Origin: Eledone cirrhosa
Taxonomy: Eukaryota
Length of the DNA: 64,000 nucleotides
Assembly (NCBI GenBank): GCA_964016885.1
Contig: OZ024742.1
Span: 95,294,001-95,358,000, forward strand
Reading direction: 5' to 3'
Part shown: positions 1 through 11,959 of the stretch, piece after piece
How positions within the stretch are numbered: the first letter of the stretch is position 1
How the letters are laid out: every line of letters starts with the position of its first letter
Notes under the pieces: model-generated
The model's input: the letters and a program-made list of their open reading frames with translations, nothing else
What the model was told of the DNA's origin: nothing
The model's database searches: none
Program-made: the position numbers and the translations under genes

Positions 1-596
1 AAAAATCCCGATTTAATCATTTCATTAATAAACTGCCTGTTCCTCAATACAAAACTGTTTATTTTAGAATATTTATATTTATCTTTAAAAAATGTAATAA
101 ATAGAATAGAATGGAAGTAAACAAGAGAAACGAGGTGGAATAAAAGAGAAAAAATATAATGAATATTTATATTTATCAAATGACCTTCCTTAATAATTTA
201 TGTGTTCCAAATACCAGCTGCATAATGAGAAAGTTAATTATGTTATTAAATCCATTCAAATTCTTGATTATTTTCAAAATTAGTTGAAAATCATAGGCAC
301 TCTTTCATTAGAAATATGATAATAAAAGGGTTGTTGTTATAGTTATCATCTTCATAGATTTAGCTGGCCCCCTAAGAGAAATTTCTCAGGTGCTTAATGA
401 TAGAGATCACAGTTGTATCATTAAGGAATGAAAGGGTTAAGCAGGAATTGAAACCACTTTATAGAATTCACTCATTAGAAGATTATTTCTTTTTCTCTGA
501 TAGAAAAATATAAATTTTGAAATGTTTAATCATCATAAATTGATTTTTTTTTTTTTTTTTTTCGTAAATTACAAGAAAGCTGCAACTGTTGATCAT

Positions 597-790
597 TATG
601 ATGAGAGTAATGATGAGAATGAGGATGATGGTGGCGATGATGATGATGATGATGGCAATGGTGATGATGATGATGGGGATGATGATGATGATGGGGATGG
701 GGATAATAAAAATGATAATATTAAGACTGCTGATGCTGACTGACTTAAACAATAATCATGAAAATAATGATAATAATGAAAGTGATTGTA
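597..790. repeat. Imperfect (GAT)n trinucleotide tract
   Basis: Runs of gatgatgat/gataat seen directly; this tract produces the poly-Asp, poly-Met and poly-Ile ORFs in the track. Confidence 0.85.
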
Positions 791-1126
791 TTGTTGCTGT
801 GTAAGAGGTAGAATGATTAGAAAGAGTACAGTGGGATGTCGAGGGTGAAGTTTGAGGAATCAAATACATTTTCATTTCCATTTTGTTAATTCTCAGATTC
901 TTTGGAACTTCCCAACCCTGTACATGAAAAAGAAATAGACACATACAGACACATGTAGATTCATAAACTTTCACATACATATACAAATACACAGGAGCAT
1001 ACTTAGAGAAAAATAATTCCTATAAATTGAGAAAAAATGATGCGTATGTTGTCATTATCATATAGCATTCACTTTTCCATGGCATGTGTGTGTATATGTG
1101 TGCATATATATATATATGCGTATGTA

Positions 1127-1186
<60 letters not shown>

Positions 1187-1299
1187 TATATATCTATATA
1201 TATATATAAGTATATATATATATACGTGTGTGTGTATACTACAAAACAAAATGAAATACAAGAGCCAACTTTCTTTACTGCCACACATGTTTAAGTACA

Positions 1300-2260
1300 T
1301 ATATCCTCCATAATTGGAAGAACTCCGACTAACAGCTAGAAATATACAATCTGACACTCTGAGCTTATCCCCACCCCTCATTATAAAACTTCATCTTCTA
1401 TAATATTTTACTAACTCACCAAAAATCACTCAGACTTCTAAAATATATATCTAGCACCCAAGAAGCCTTTTAAGTAAACTCGCCACTATATCTTTCCATC
1501 CCACATAATAGATTTCCCAACCATATGTACGAACAAATTCCTTCTATTTTGCACAATACTAATTAAGAGTTATCCCCTGCCTTACCAACTCACATGATTT
1601 TATTTGTCTCGTGTAGACAAACTTGCTCTGTGGCTGAGATTCTACACTTGGTGGTTCGTAGATGTTATAAGAGGGACAAGATGTGACACTCAAATGTTGT
1701 TTGGCTTTATGTTAAGCTTCAGCCTCTCTATATAGGTTTTAGGCATGTCACTCTTGATATAGAAATTTCTGGTGCTGTTTAGAAATTTCACGTTTTAACA
1801 TAATGGTTAGGGTTTCATCTAGTGTTCAGTCAAGTTGTCCAAATGTTGGTTCAGCACAGGCACAGCAAACACATTGTTGGCCACTGATTTATTGTGCACA
1901 CAGAATTGTGAAGAAAGACCATGTTTCTTATTTGGGTGTTATATTCTCTGGTTACTTATTCCTTTTTACAACTTTCATCATAAGATATATTTTCATCTGT
2001 CCCTAAGTATGTGTAGCAGTCATCATCAGATATCGGTGAAACAGTCAAGTAATTTATAGAGATGTTGCTAGGTTGGCTTGTAGCTTGTCATATAAGTACA
2101 TTTATCCTGGCCAAGTTCCAATTCCGTATCTTTGAGAACGTCATAACCAGCTCATGGTTATTCTTTATACCATTTATATTCTTGGCATAAAATTCCAACT
2201 CATCCACTGAGAAGCTATGTTTTAGGCTTGTGTTTCTGGCCTACTGTGAAGCAATTATAT
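1300..2260 (-). pseudogene. Highly decayed R4/Dong-type (RLE) LINE RT fragment
   Basis: Manual minus-strand translation near 2215-2090 gives FSVDELEFYAKNINGIK and KDTELELGQDKCTYM, followed by CYTYLGTDENISY. These match the FxDDLKL/FSKDIGMEFGxDKC/YKYLG motifs of the Dong-like RT at 35.9-36.1 kb. Boundaries approximate. Confidence 0.5.
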
Positions 2261-2755
2261 AACCTTCATATTTTCTCAGCATAAAAGACAAGGGATTTAC
2301 TGACAGTCAACATTGCATCACAAAAGCTAGGGATAGGAATAAAAGAATCTCTAACAGTATCCATACTGACACTGAAAGTCAGTAACAGACTAGAACTAAA
2401 CTCCTAGTGGCTAACATAGATATGCACAATACAACACTTCATAATATTTCAAAAATTATACAATAACCTAGAATAGAGCATAACTGGGATTCTATACCAC
2501 GTGATCCATTCTCTACTCCTAGCACTGAAAGAAAAGAAATCACAACTTTTAAATTTCAAAGGCTGCAGCTTAATAGCAACAATATATATATATATATATG
2601 AATTAGTTTCTTTTAGTTTTCAGGAAGAAATTATATCTCAAAATATAAAGACATATAATGAAATGCAAGGTAACACACACACATCATTGTTATATTTGTA
2701 ACATTTACTGTCAAATTCACATTCTGAGACTTTCAAACAACACACAATTTAATAT

Positions 2756-2990
2756 AATCATCATCATTTAACGTTCATTTTTCCACGCTAGCATGGGTTA
2801 GATGGGTTGTTTCATTTGAGGCAAGTTGGGTCAGGTGACTGCATCTTGCTCACACAGAACTGTTTCTGGCTTGGTTTCTATGGCTGGATGCACTTCCTAA
2901 TGCCAACCACATTTACAGTGTGTGATGGGTGCTTATTATCATGACACCTACATGAATACTTTACAGTGTGGGCTGGGAACTTTTTGCCGT
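2756..2990 (-). mobile_element. Short RTE-3'-tail element (5'-truncated RTE or RTE-tailed SINE); representative of ~10 copies
   Basis: (cat)n-tttaacgt..ttttccacgctagcatgggtt..ggatgc.cttcctaa.gccaacc is the reverse complement of the RTE 3' UTR at 8140-8300. Related copies occur near 8395, 18058, 20430, 45210(+), 49905, 56860-57040, 57605 and 62686. Confidence 0.7.
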
Positions 2991-3580
2991 GTTGCCATCA
3001 TTACTTCTTTATAGTGTGGGATGTAGGCTTCACTAGATGTATGCTACAGCCTGTCCTCACGAGAGATGTATGGGACAGTTGGGTGAGATGGAAGGGTGCA
3101 TAATATATATATATATGGTGCATTAAGGTCCACCAGGTTACTTACAACACTTTCTTCGTTATATATATATATATATACATATATATTCATATTCTTTTCT
3201 TGTTGACCTTTTTGGTCTTTCGTTTCAGAGTAATAATAATAAGGCTAATATATTTTATTGGCCACAAGAGCACATGATCCTCAAGACAGTACAAGGTGGT
3301 AAAACAAAACAACAAAGGGAACATTGAGCAAAGGGAAGAGAGAAAAACAAAGAGAAAACAACAGATATGACAATAGTAATGATAACAATATAAAAATATA
3401 TAAAAATAATTAAAAAGTCATGTTTCACTATAATCTGGTGTATGTAGTTCAACTGAGGTTTCCTAGCAAGAACCAACATTGTGTAGCCCCTATATATATA
3501 TATGCACATTATGTGTATGTGTATATATCTATATATATATATATATATATATACATATATATATACATATATATACACAT

Positions 3581-3677
<97 letters not shown>

Positions 3678-4249
3678 CATACATACAAGCACACTTCTCT
3701 TATTTATTATGTATCCAATATAAGAAGTCTTCATCAATATCATTGTTGTTATCATTATTATTGTTTTTGTTGTTGATATAATATTTTTTATTGTAAGTGT
3801 TGTTCTTATCATCACCACTATAATATTGTCCCTCTTCCTCATATATTGTCTGTATTGTTATTTATTATTATTATTAGTAGTAGTAGTATTAATAATAATA
3901 AAATTGTTGTTTTTGTTGATTTTATATTTTTCTAGTATTTTCTTTTTTTTTTTCTGAGTAGGTAGGGGGTTCATTTTCTGATTTTTCTTTAATTCTTTTA
4001 GATATTTTTTTGTGCAGTGTTATTTATTAGCTAGTAGTTTTGCAATGTTTTGTGTTTCTGCTTGGCTAGTGACAAATGAAATTATTATCGAATTGGCCTT
4101 CCATAGTCAGTTTCAACCAATCAGTTATTCTCTTCCACAAATGTCTTCTGCTTTTATGATTCTCATTGTGGTTTGATGATTTCTACATCTCACTTACAAT
4201 TTAGACCTATACATGTATATATATATATATATGGATGTGATCTACACAC

Positions 4250-4298
<49 letters not shown>

Positions 4299-4480
4299 AT
4301 GTTTATACTTGTAGTGCGATAGTTATGTATGTGGTGTTGTCATTGAAATATTGTCACTTATATTTTTAAATCTATCTTCCTTTCATTGTTTCTTACTTAG
4401 GGAGTCATGTGTATGTGTTAGAAAATGAATGTATTTATAACTATCATCTTTCAGTATAAAGAAACACACACACAGATATA

Positions 4481-5131
4481 TCTTTATATATATAAAGTTG
4501 TAGTTCCTGTCTGTTTGTTCACAAACTCCTCCTATGGTTTTGGAGATAGACCCCCATAACTGTATATATTCTGAAACTACATTTCCCAGGGTACTTGGAT
4601 AAGTATATTTCATTTTAATCAACAGGTTCCCTAGGGACACAAACCCCACTGAAAATATTTTCCCTTCGATTTATATGAAATTTAAAGCAGAGGTAAATGA
4701 CAAGATATGATGCCTATTCACAACATTTCAGCTAATTTCAATAATATTAAGACCCCTAATGGGGGTTAATCCTCCTATTAGGGCTCTCCGGGGCAGGAAA
4801 CCCTGCTGAAAGTTGTTTCCCTTTGATTTATATGAAATTTAAACCATAGGTAAAGGAAGAGATATGAGGCCTATTCACAAAAGTTTTGAATTGATATTTT
4901 GAAAAAAAATATTTACAAGAAACAAAATAAGAATAAGATTTAACAATATAATTTTGATTTGATATATTACAAAAAATAATCTTTTCCAATTTTTCATACA
5001 TTACATTTTACATTGAGTAATATTGAAATGCAGGGTTTTTCTCCATAAATTATATCACTGATTTAAAATCAATCACCATTTTTTTACAAAAAAAAATGTG
5101 AAATGCAGCAAGGTGCGGGTAATTCGGCTAG
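4481..5131 (+). mobile_element. Non-autonomous Helitron
   Basis: 5' end A|TCTTTATATATATAAAG..ctgtctgtttgt; 3' end gcagcaaggtgcgggta..CTAG|T at 5128-5132; no TSD; internal ~80-bp repeat at ~4648 and ~4805. Confidence 0.65.
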
Positions 5132-5203
5132 TATATATATATATATAAATATACAGGCACACATACCCACTCACAATAACACACACACACACACATATAT
5201 ATG

Positions 5204-5246
<43 letters not shown>

Positions 5247-5278
5247 TATCCATATACACACTCTTACACACAGACACA

Positions 5279-5326
<48 letters not shown>

Positions 5327-5354
5327 CATCATTATTATCATAAAATATATAAAA

Positions 5355-5560
5355 GTGGTGGATTGGCAGAAATGCTAGTGCGTCAGACAAATTGCTTTGC
5401 AGCATTTAGCTATGGCCTTTTATGTTTTGAATTAAAGTCCTGCTGAGGTCAGCTTTGCTTTTTATCCTTCCGGTGTTAATAAAATAAAGTACCATTTACA
5501 TACTGGATTAAATTTAATCAACTTTCCCATCCCCACGAAAATTACTGACTTTGTGACTAT
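5355..5560 (+). mobile_element. Diverged SINE copy (same family as 25796 and 41980)
   Basis: gtggtggattggcag..ctgctgaggtcagctttgctttttatccttccggtgttaataaaataaagtacca matches the reverse complement of the younger copies. Confidence 0.65.
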
Positions 5561-5629
5561 GTTATGGAAGAACCTCCAGATCAATGGTGTCTCTAATTGG
5601 TATATCACAATTTTTAAGACAGGATATAC

Positions 5630-6240
5630 TAAGTTCTTTACTATTTTATTAGGAGTGCAACAAGGATGCATCCTATTCCTATTCCTTTTCTTGATAATTT
5701 TAGATTACATTCTGAGAAAGTCCTTGGTTGCCTGTAGAGATGGCTTAAAATGGGGAAAAGTAAAACTGGCAGATTTAGACTGCTGATGATTTGGCCCTTC
5801 CACCAACAATTGCGGAGAAATGCAGACAATGATAAATGCACTGGTTGAAGCAGCTGAGAAGGTTGGCTTAAGAGTAAATATATGAAAAATAAAAATACAG
5901 AAAGTTGCCTGCAGTGAAGCATATGTTGTTTCAGTCAATGGGAAAAAGATAGAAGAGGTTCAACACTTCACAAATCTTGGTAGCATCAAGACAGCAGATG
6001 GCAATACTGAAGCTGACATGAAACAAAGGATGCTGGAGTATTCAAGAAACCCCAATCAATATGGCAATCAAAGAAGTTCATATAACAAACGAAATTCTGG
6101 TCAATTATTATCTCAACAACAACCTCTGAAAGATCCTGGGTATTAGATTGCAAAGATCACAAATGAAGATGTGCATCAAAGAGCCGATGTCACATGCCTA
6201 AGTATTGTCATCAAGAGCAGATGACCAAATGACCAGCCAA
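5630..6240 (+). pseudogene. Decayed RTE/BovB-like RT fragment
   Basis: GVQQGCILFLFLFLIILDYIL...LADLD followed by a frameshifted ADDLAL; further on, IEEVQHFTNLGS. Confidence 0.6.
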
Positions 6241-6435
6241 TGCGAGAAAGAGAGAGATAAGTAAAATTCTGACCTTGGCCACCAAGTGGTTTTCTCTTGT
6301 ATGTTCAGAAAAGGTAATCTGAACACACAAGCTGAACCCGCAGTCAGGATTTTAACTATCTCTATACACACTCTGCATCACCCCATGCATTGAGTACTCC
6401 CATGATTAATGGTCTCCCATGTCTCAGCACTGCAA

Positions 6436-6542
<107 letters not shown>

Positions 6543-7361
6543 GAAGATATACGCACACGAAAGTAACCATACTTTACACATTCCATTTACTATTTAATTT
6601 TTCATAATGCTTAAATTTTATTAATATTTTCCTGACTTATTTGAATTTGTTGTTATTTTATATTCTTTATATATACTTCTTACCTGGTCAAATCATGTTC
6701 TAGTAAACTGATTCCTAACCATTATTCTCTAAGTCTGCATCAACACAATGGTGTTACTTTTACAAACATTTATACATTCACAGGCATATACATAGGTTTA
6801 TACTTTGATTTACAAGTTTATACATACATACCTTTATACATTCAAATACATGCACATTGACTCCTATAATCACATACACATACTCTTACATATACTCATA
6901 TTTATGCATTCACTTTCATGGAGAAATACATACAATTATACATTCATCCATCTCTCTCTATATATAACTACACTCACACACATAGAAGCTTCAGAATCTG
7001 TTCTGTCTCATGAGAGTTACAATAGTTGAAGTTTAAATGATTCCTGCCATGGAATGGTCTATGGTCAACACCAATAGCTATATGCATCAGTGTATAATGT
7101 CACTATTTCCAGACTGATATTCTGGGAGGAATTTCACTAAAAGAAGAAAAAAGAAGTTATTCTTGGTTTATTTTTGGTTCCATCCTCTGCAGTCATAATG
7201 ATTTCACAGAAATTTCTTTCTTTACTAATATTTCTGTCATGAAAACTAGAAACTACACAACTAGTATACCAAATAATTAAATAAGATTTTGAGAGTGAAT
7301 AGATATTTCAGATAAATAGAATACAACTATTATATTTATGTATATATATATATATATATAT

Positions 7362-8301
7362 GCGTTACCTGGGCGATAAAATCAGCAGTGGGGGAGGGTG
7401 CTCTGAAAGTACTGTAGCTAGAGTCAGAACTGGTTGGAAAAAGTTCAGAGAGCTTATACCACTATTAGCTGCTAAAGGGTTCTCCCTAAAAATGAAAGGC
7501 AGGTTGTACGATGCCTGCATACGAACAGCAATGTTGCATGGCAGTGAGACCTGGGCATTGTGTGCAGAGGATATACGCAAACTAGAGAGGAACGAAGCTT
7601 GCATGCTCCGCTGGATGTGTAACAGTAATATACGTGAACGGCAAAGCATAAACGAACTAAGGAAAAAATTAGAGATAAGAGGGATCAGATGTTGTTTACT
7701 CGAGAGAAGGCTACGTTGGTATGGACACGTGATGCGCATGAAAGTCGATAGCTGTATAACAAAGTGCAGGGCAATAAAGATAGACGGTAGCCACGGAATA
7801 GGCAGACCTAGAAAAACCTGGGACGAGCTGATAAACTCCGACCTCACACACTTACACCTCTCCAAGACAATGTCACTGGACCGAGACCTTTGGCGGTACT
7901 CAGTAACAGAGAAGACCCGCCTTGCCAGTAGGCATCTCTAACAAAATACACCCCGTCCCACCACCCCCACCCCCACCCCATCCACACCACCCCGTCCTAT
8001 GTAAAGTTATGTTGGTGCCGCGCCATCCGGGCCGAAACAAATGAGATCGTGTAGGTGTCACGACAAAAAAACACACAGTCCACGCTGTAATGTGGCCGTG
8101 TAGGCAACACGGTAAAAACCTCCCAGACCCACACTGTAAATGTGGTTGGTGTTAGGAAGGGCATCCAACTGTAGAAAACCTGCCAGACAGTCCTATGCGA
8201 GCAAGACAATCACTCTTGCCTCAAGTGGGACTACCCCCGTCCAAACCCATGCAAGCGTGGAACACGGACGTTAAACGTTGATGATGATGATGATGATGAT
8301 G
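7362..8301 (+). mobile_element. 5'-truncated RTE LINE (ORF C-terminus, 3' UTR and (GAT)n tail)
   Basis: ORF 7360-7941 has YLGD..ARVRTGWKKFREL..MLHGSETW..RRLRWYGHVMR..GRPRKTW. It is nearly identical to 61630-62237 and sits in a (TA)n tract. Confidence 0.9.
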
Positions 8302-9529
8302 CATATATATGCCTGCGAGAACACACACATACATACATACATACACTCACATACATACACTCACATAAATACATACATGCATGTATATACATATATCATC
8401 GTCATCATTATTTAATGTCGATTTTTCTACGCTAACATGGGTTAGACAAGTTGCCTCATTGTGAGACAAGTCATGTCAGATGACTGTGGCTTGCTCATAT
8501 GGAACTGGTGCTGGCTTGGTTTCTACAGCTGGATGCCCTTCCTAACACAAACCACAATTGCAATATGCAGTGGGTGCTTTTAATCATGATACCTACACGA
8601 CCACTTTACTTTATATATATGTGTGTAAATAAATACGTATTAAAAGTGCAAATTAATTGCAACCATAGGCAGTATGCCAAATGAGCACTCAATGCTCTTG
8701 GGGAGCAGAGTATCAATAATAGTAATATATGAGGAGTTTCCGATTCCAGAGTCAGGTTAGATCATTAATTGTTTGTTCCTTACGCTGATCGTGAAACATA
8801 TGTAATGTGTAATTAAATATGTATATGATGCAATACTGATTCTTTGTTCCCTTATATATTACTATCATATAAATATATATATATATCAGGAGCTGCATTT
8901 TGCTTACATATGTTCTTGCACTGAACAGAGTGTACTGGGTGTATTTCATTGCAGCACCAGCACTAAGAAGGTGCTTATGTCATACCTGAAAGGTTATTTC
9001 AGCCTTTTGTTGTATGTTTTCTATAACTGAAAGGGATGAGATTTACTGTGAAATAAACACTTGGGAGATTGTTGGTCATTGACTCAAATGAAGAATCCTC
9101 TTTACCTAATGGTTGGAGGGGAATGATGACTTGTACCAAATGAGATGTGTTCATTTTGTTGGTGGGGAAGAGGGTGATAGAATGGGTGAAGTAAGTAGGA
9201 TGATAAGTACGATGTCATAAGTAAGTGGCATTAGATGAGAGAGGGAAGGGAGAATGACAAGTATGATTTCATAGGTGTATGACAACTATGGGGAGAAGAG
9301 GTGAGAATTAACTTAATGTGTTGGGCGTGCAGTGTTGATGATAACAGGTACTAAAGACTAATGACTGATGTGTTGGAATTTAAAAGGTATGATCCTGAAG
9401 AGAGAGGAGATATAGTAATGGCAAGAATAGTTACGAAAATGCTTTGATGGTGGTATTTAAATGGGCTAGGTTGCATTCACATTTTCTATACTGGTAGATG
9501 TGTCTATTCCAGTACTGCATGTTGTCATG

Positions 9530-9910
9530 TCTTGTAGTTCCTGGTGATCTCCAAGATTCAGCTTTCTATGGTTAGTCTCCACTACCTCGTCCCATGACGT
9601 CCTACGTCTACCACTTCCACAACTCCCATCCACTGAGATTTCTTTATAAAGCTGTCATCCTCCATACATATCACATGTCCATACTAATGCAGTCTTCTCT
9701 TGCTCGTTACATCTAATTTTACTTATTCTTAGTGTTTCTTCAGTTCACTTATGCTGTGTTATTCATGTACATTAGAATTACACATCCACTAGAACACACT
9801 ATCTTCACAGGTTTCTAGCTTGTGTATATCTTCTGCAGTCAAATCTCGTTCCAACTGTCATATAGCATTGCAGTTTAGAAGCAGGTATCATACAATCTAC
9901 CCTTTACTCA
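9530..9910 (-). pseudogene. Old RTE 3' fragment
   Basis: Minus strand reads RVKGRLYDTC..TAMLY, a decayed version of the 7360 ORF. Confidence 0.55.
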
Positions 9911-10918
9911 AAATTATATAAATCTAACTTCTTTATGATCTCTTCCAAGTGAAATAAAGAAGCTTTTATGTAAATCTGTCTTTGATAATAATCATTTTGT
10001 TTTTATCCATATAAGTGCAAGGTTGACTAGGAAGTTCACTTTACAATCACATAATTATTTAGTTCCATTGTCTGGCCCCTTGAGCATGTACTTTTTTCCT
10101 ATAGCCTTGGGTTGAAATTTGGCAGACGGAAACTGCAAAAACCTCTCGTGTGGGTGTGTGTCAACATTTGTGACTCTTTCTGTATCCTCAAAGTGAAATC
10201 AATAAAATACATACCAGCCTGGAAAAAATAAGAAAGAAATAATCTACTTTAAGGTGGTGGCTTAGCATGGCTGCAGTCTAATGGCTGAAACTTGTAAAAG
10301 AATAAAAGAGTAAAAGAAGGATAAACCAGATCTTCAGTTTCCATGAAAAAATTTCTAATGAAATATATAATTTCTGAAGAACCACTTATTTTAATTAATA
10401 ATTTCAATTTTGTGAGACACAGATGACCAAGTGAATACGGCAATATTTCAAGTATTGATGCTTTGAATTCCTGACATTTAGTTAAAAAATATATTTCAGC
10501 TGACTCCATAGTAATATTACAACAATCATCACTACATATGACAATAAACTTACTATCAGGCCTATTAAAAATTTACCACAACCTGTGCTAAAATAAAGTT
10601 ATACCTTCACTTTAATAAAGTGCTTAGCTGACATTCTCAGAAAGATCAAGTGACAAGAGTGTCACATTGAAGATTTATATTTCTTTTTTTTTTTTATTAT
10701 TAAATATCAACAAATAATACTCTAGTGTTGTTTGCTATTTAACCTCTTTGTGACTGTATTCCCAACGAAATACATCGTATTTCAATTAATTCATGAAGAA
10801 TTTTGAGGGATGTACTAAAACTTAATTATTTCTTTACTAAAGTATTATTTGTAACATAACTTTACAAATGGTTCCTATATAGAATTATATTGGAAAATTT
10901 TAATTTATATAGAAACTA

Positions 10919-11080
10919 TTTAACCCTTTTGATGCCAAACTATACTTGGCACTGCACCTGGTTCTACTATACAAAGCTGTTTATTTTAGAATGTTTATAT
11001 TTACCTAAACACTTCTCATCATAAATGTAAGAAGCTCTGTTATGTTCTAAACACCAGCTTAATAATGTCACAGTTAGATA
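10919..11080 (+). mobile_element. Left part of a TTAA-CCCTT MITE-like repeat interrupted by the Helitron (right part 17513-17597)
   Basis: Begins ttaacccttttgatgccaa. The motif gttc.aaacaccagcttaataatg...gtta continues into tattactaaat..ttttcaaaat..ttagaaatatggtaacaaaaggg, as in uninterrupted copies at ~190-332 and ~43640-43755. Confidence 0.6.
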
Positions 11081-11244
11081 TCTATTTATTAATTCCAAGA
11101 ACGTCAGTTGTGTCATAATTCTCGATTATCATTGGTTCATAGGTTTCAAACGACTCTGCCCACCTCAACGACGCCAAACTGAAATTAATATGCATAATGC
11201 CAATGAGGGAGTGTGCGGGGAGAGTGTGAACGCTGTGTTCAATA

Positions 11245-11895
11245 GCTATTAACATGTGTTCGTATGTATGTACGTGCGCGTATGTTTATGTCTGTGTGCG
11301 TGCGTGCAGCGTTCCACAGAAAGTAAAAACTATCAACATGTGTGAGTGTGTGTGTGTGTAAGTTTGCGTGCGTGTGCGCGTTTCCATGCGTGTAAGTGTG
11401 TGGCGTTTCACAATCGCCACGCAGTTTATCTGTCTGTGTGCCTGTCTGTCACTCTAACATACACAGAGTTGTGAAGGGAGTAAATAGGGACTTTTCTTTA
11501 CAATGACAGACATCTTTATATTTATTATTGTGTCATTTTTTATACACTATGTATATGTGTCAGTGTAGAGACATGTATGTGGAAATAAGAGGGAAAGGAA
11601 AGCAATTACTATTAACATGTGTGCGTGTGTATGTACGTGCACGTATGTTTATGTGTGTGTGCGTGCGTGCAGCGTTCCACAGAAAGTAAAAACTATCAAC
11701 ATGTGTGAGTGTGTGCGTGTGTAAGTTTGCGTGCGTGTGCGCGTTTCCATGCATGTATGTGTGTGGCGTTCCACAATCGCCACGCAGTTTATCTGTCTGT
11801 GTGCCTGTCTGTCAGTCTAACATACACAGAGTTGTGAAGGGAGTAAATAGGGACCTTTCTTTACATTGACGGACATCTTTTATATTTATTATTGC
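11245..11895 (+). repeat. ~363-bp tandem duplication in the Helitron 5' region
   Basis: ctattaacatgtg...cagcgttccacagaaagtaaaaactatcaac...catctttatatttattattg occurs at ~11245-11530 and ~11608-11895. Confidence 0.85.
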
Positions 11896-11959
11896 TTCAT
11901 TTTTTGACAATTGCTCGAAATGAATACTGATAATAAAAGCAATTCAACTTTATCAAACA

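Noticed and set aside
483-804. Poly-Asp, poly-Met and poly-Ile ORFs
   Set aside because: These are translations of a (GAT)n tract in several frames; there is no domain or splice evidence.
1037-1381. IYIY/HTHT/CVCV ORFs here and at 3.3-3.8, 5.1, 6.4, 24.7, 39.7, 48.7, 50.3 and 56.0 kb
   Set aside because: Stop-free dinucleotide microsatellites, not proteins.
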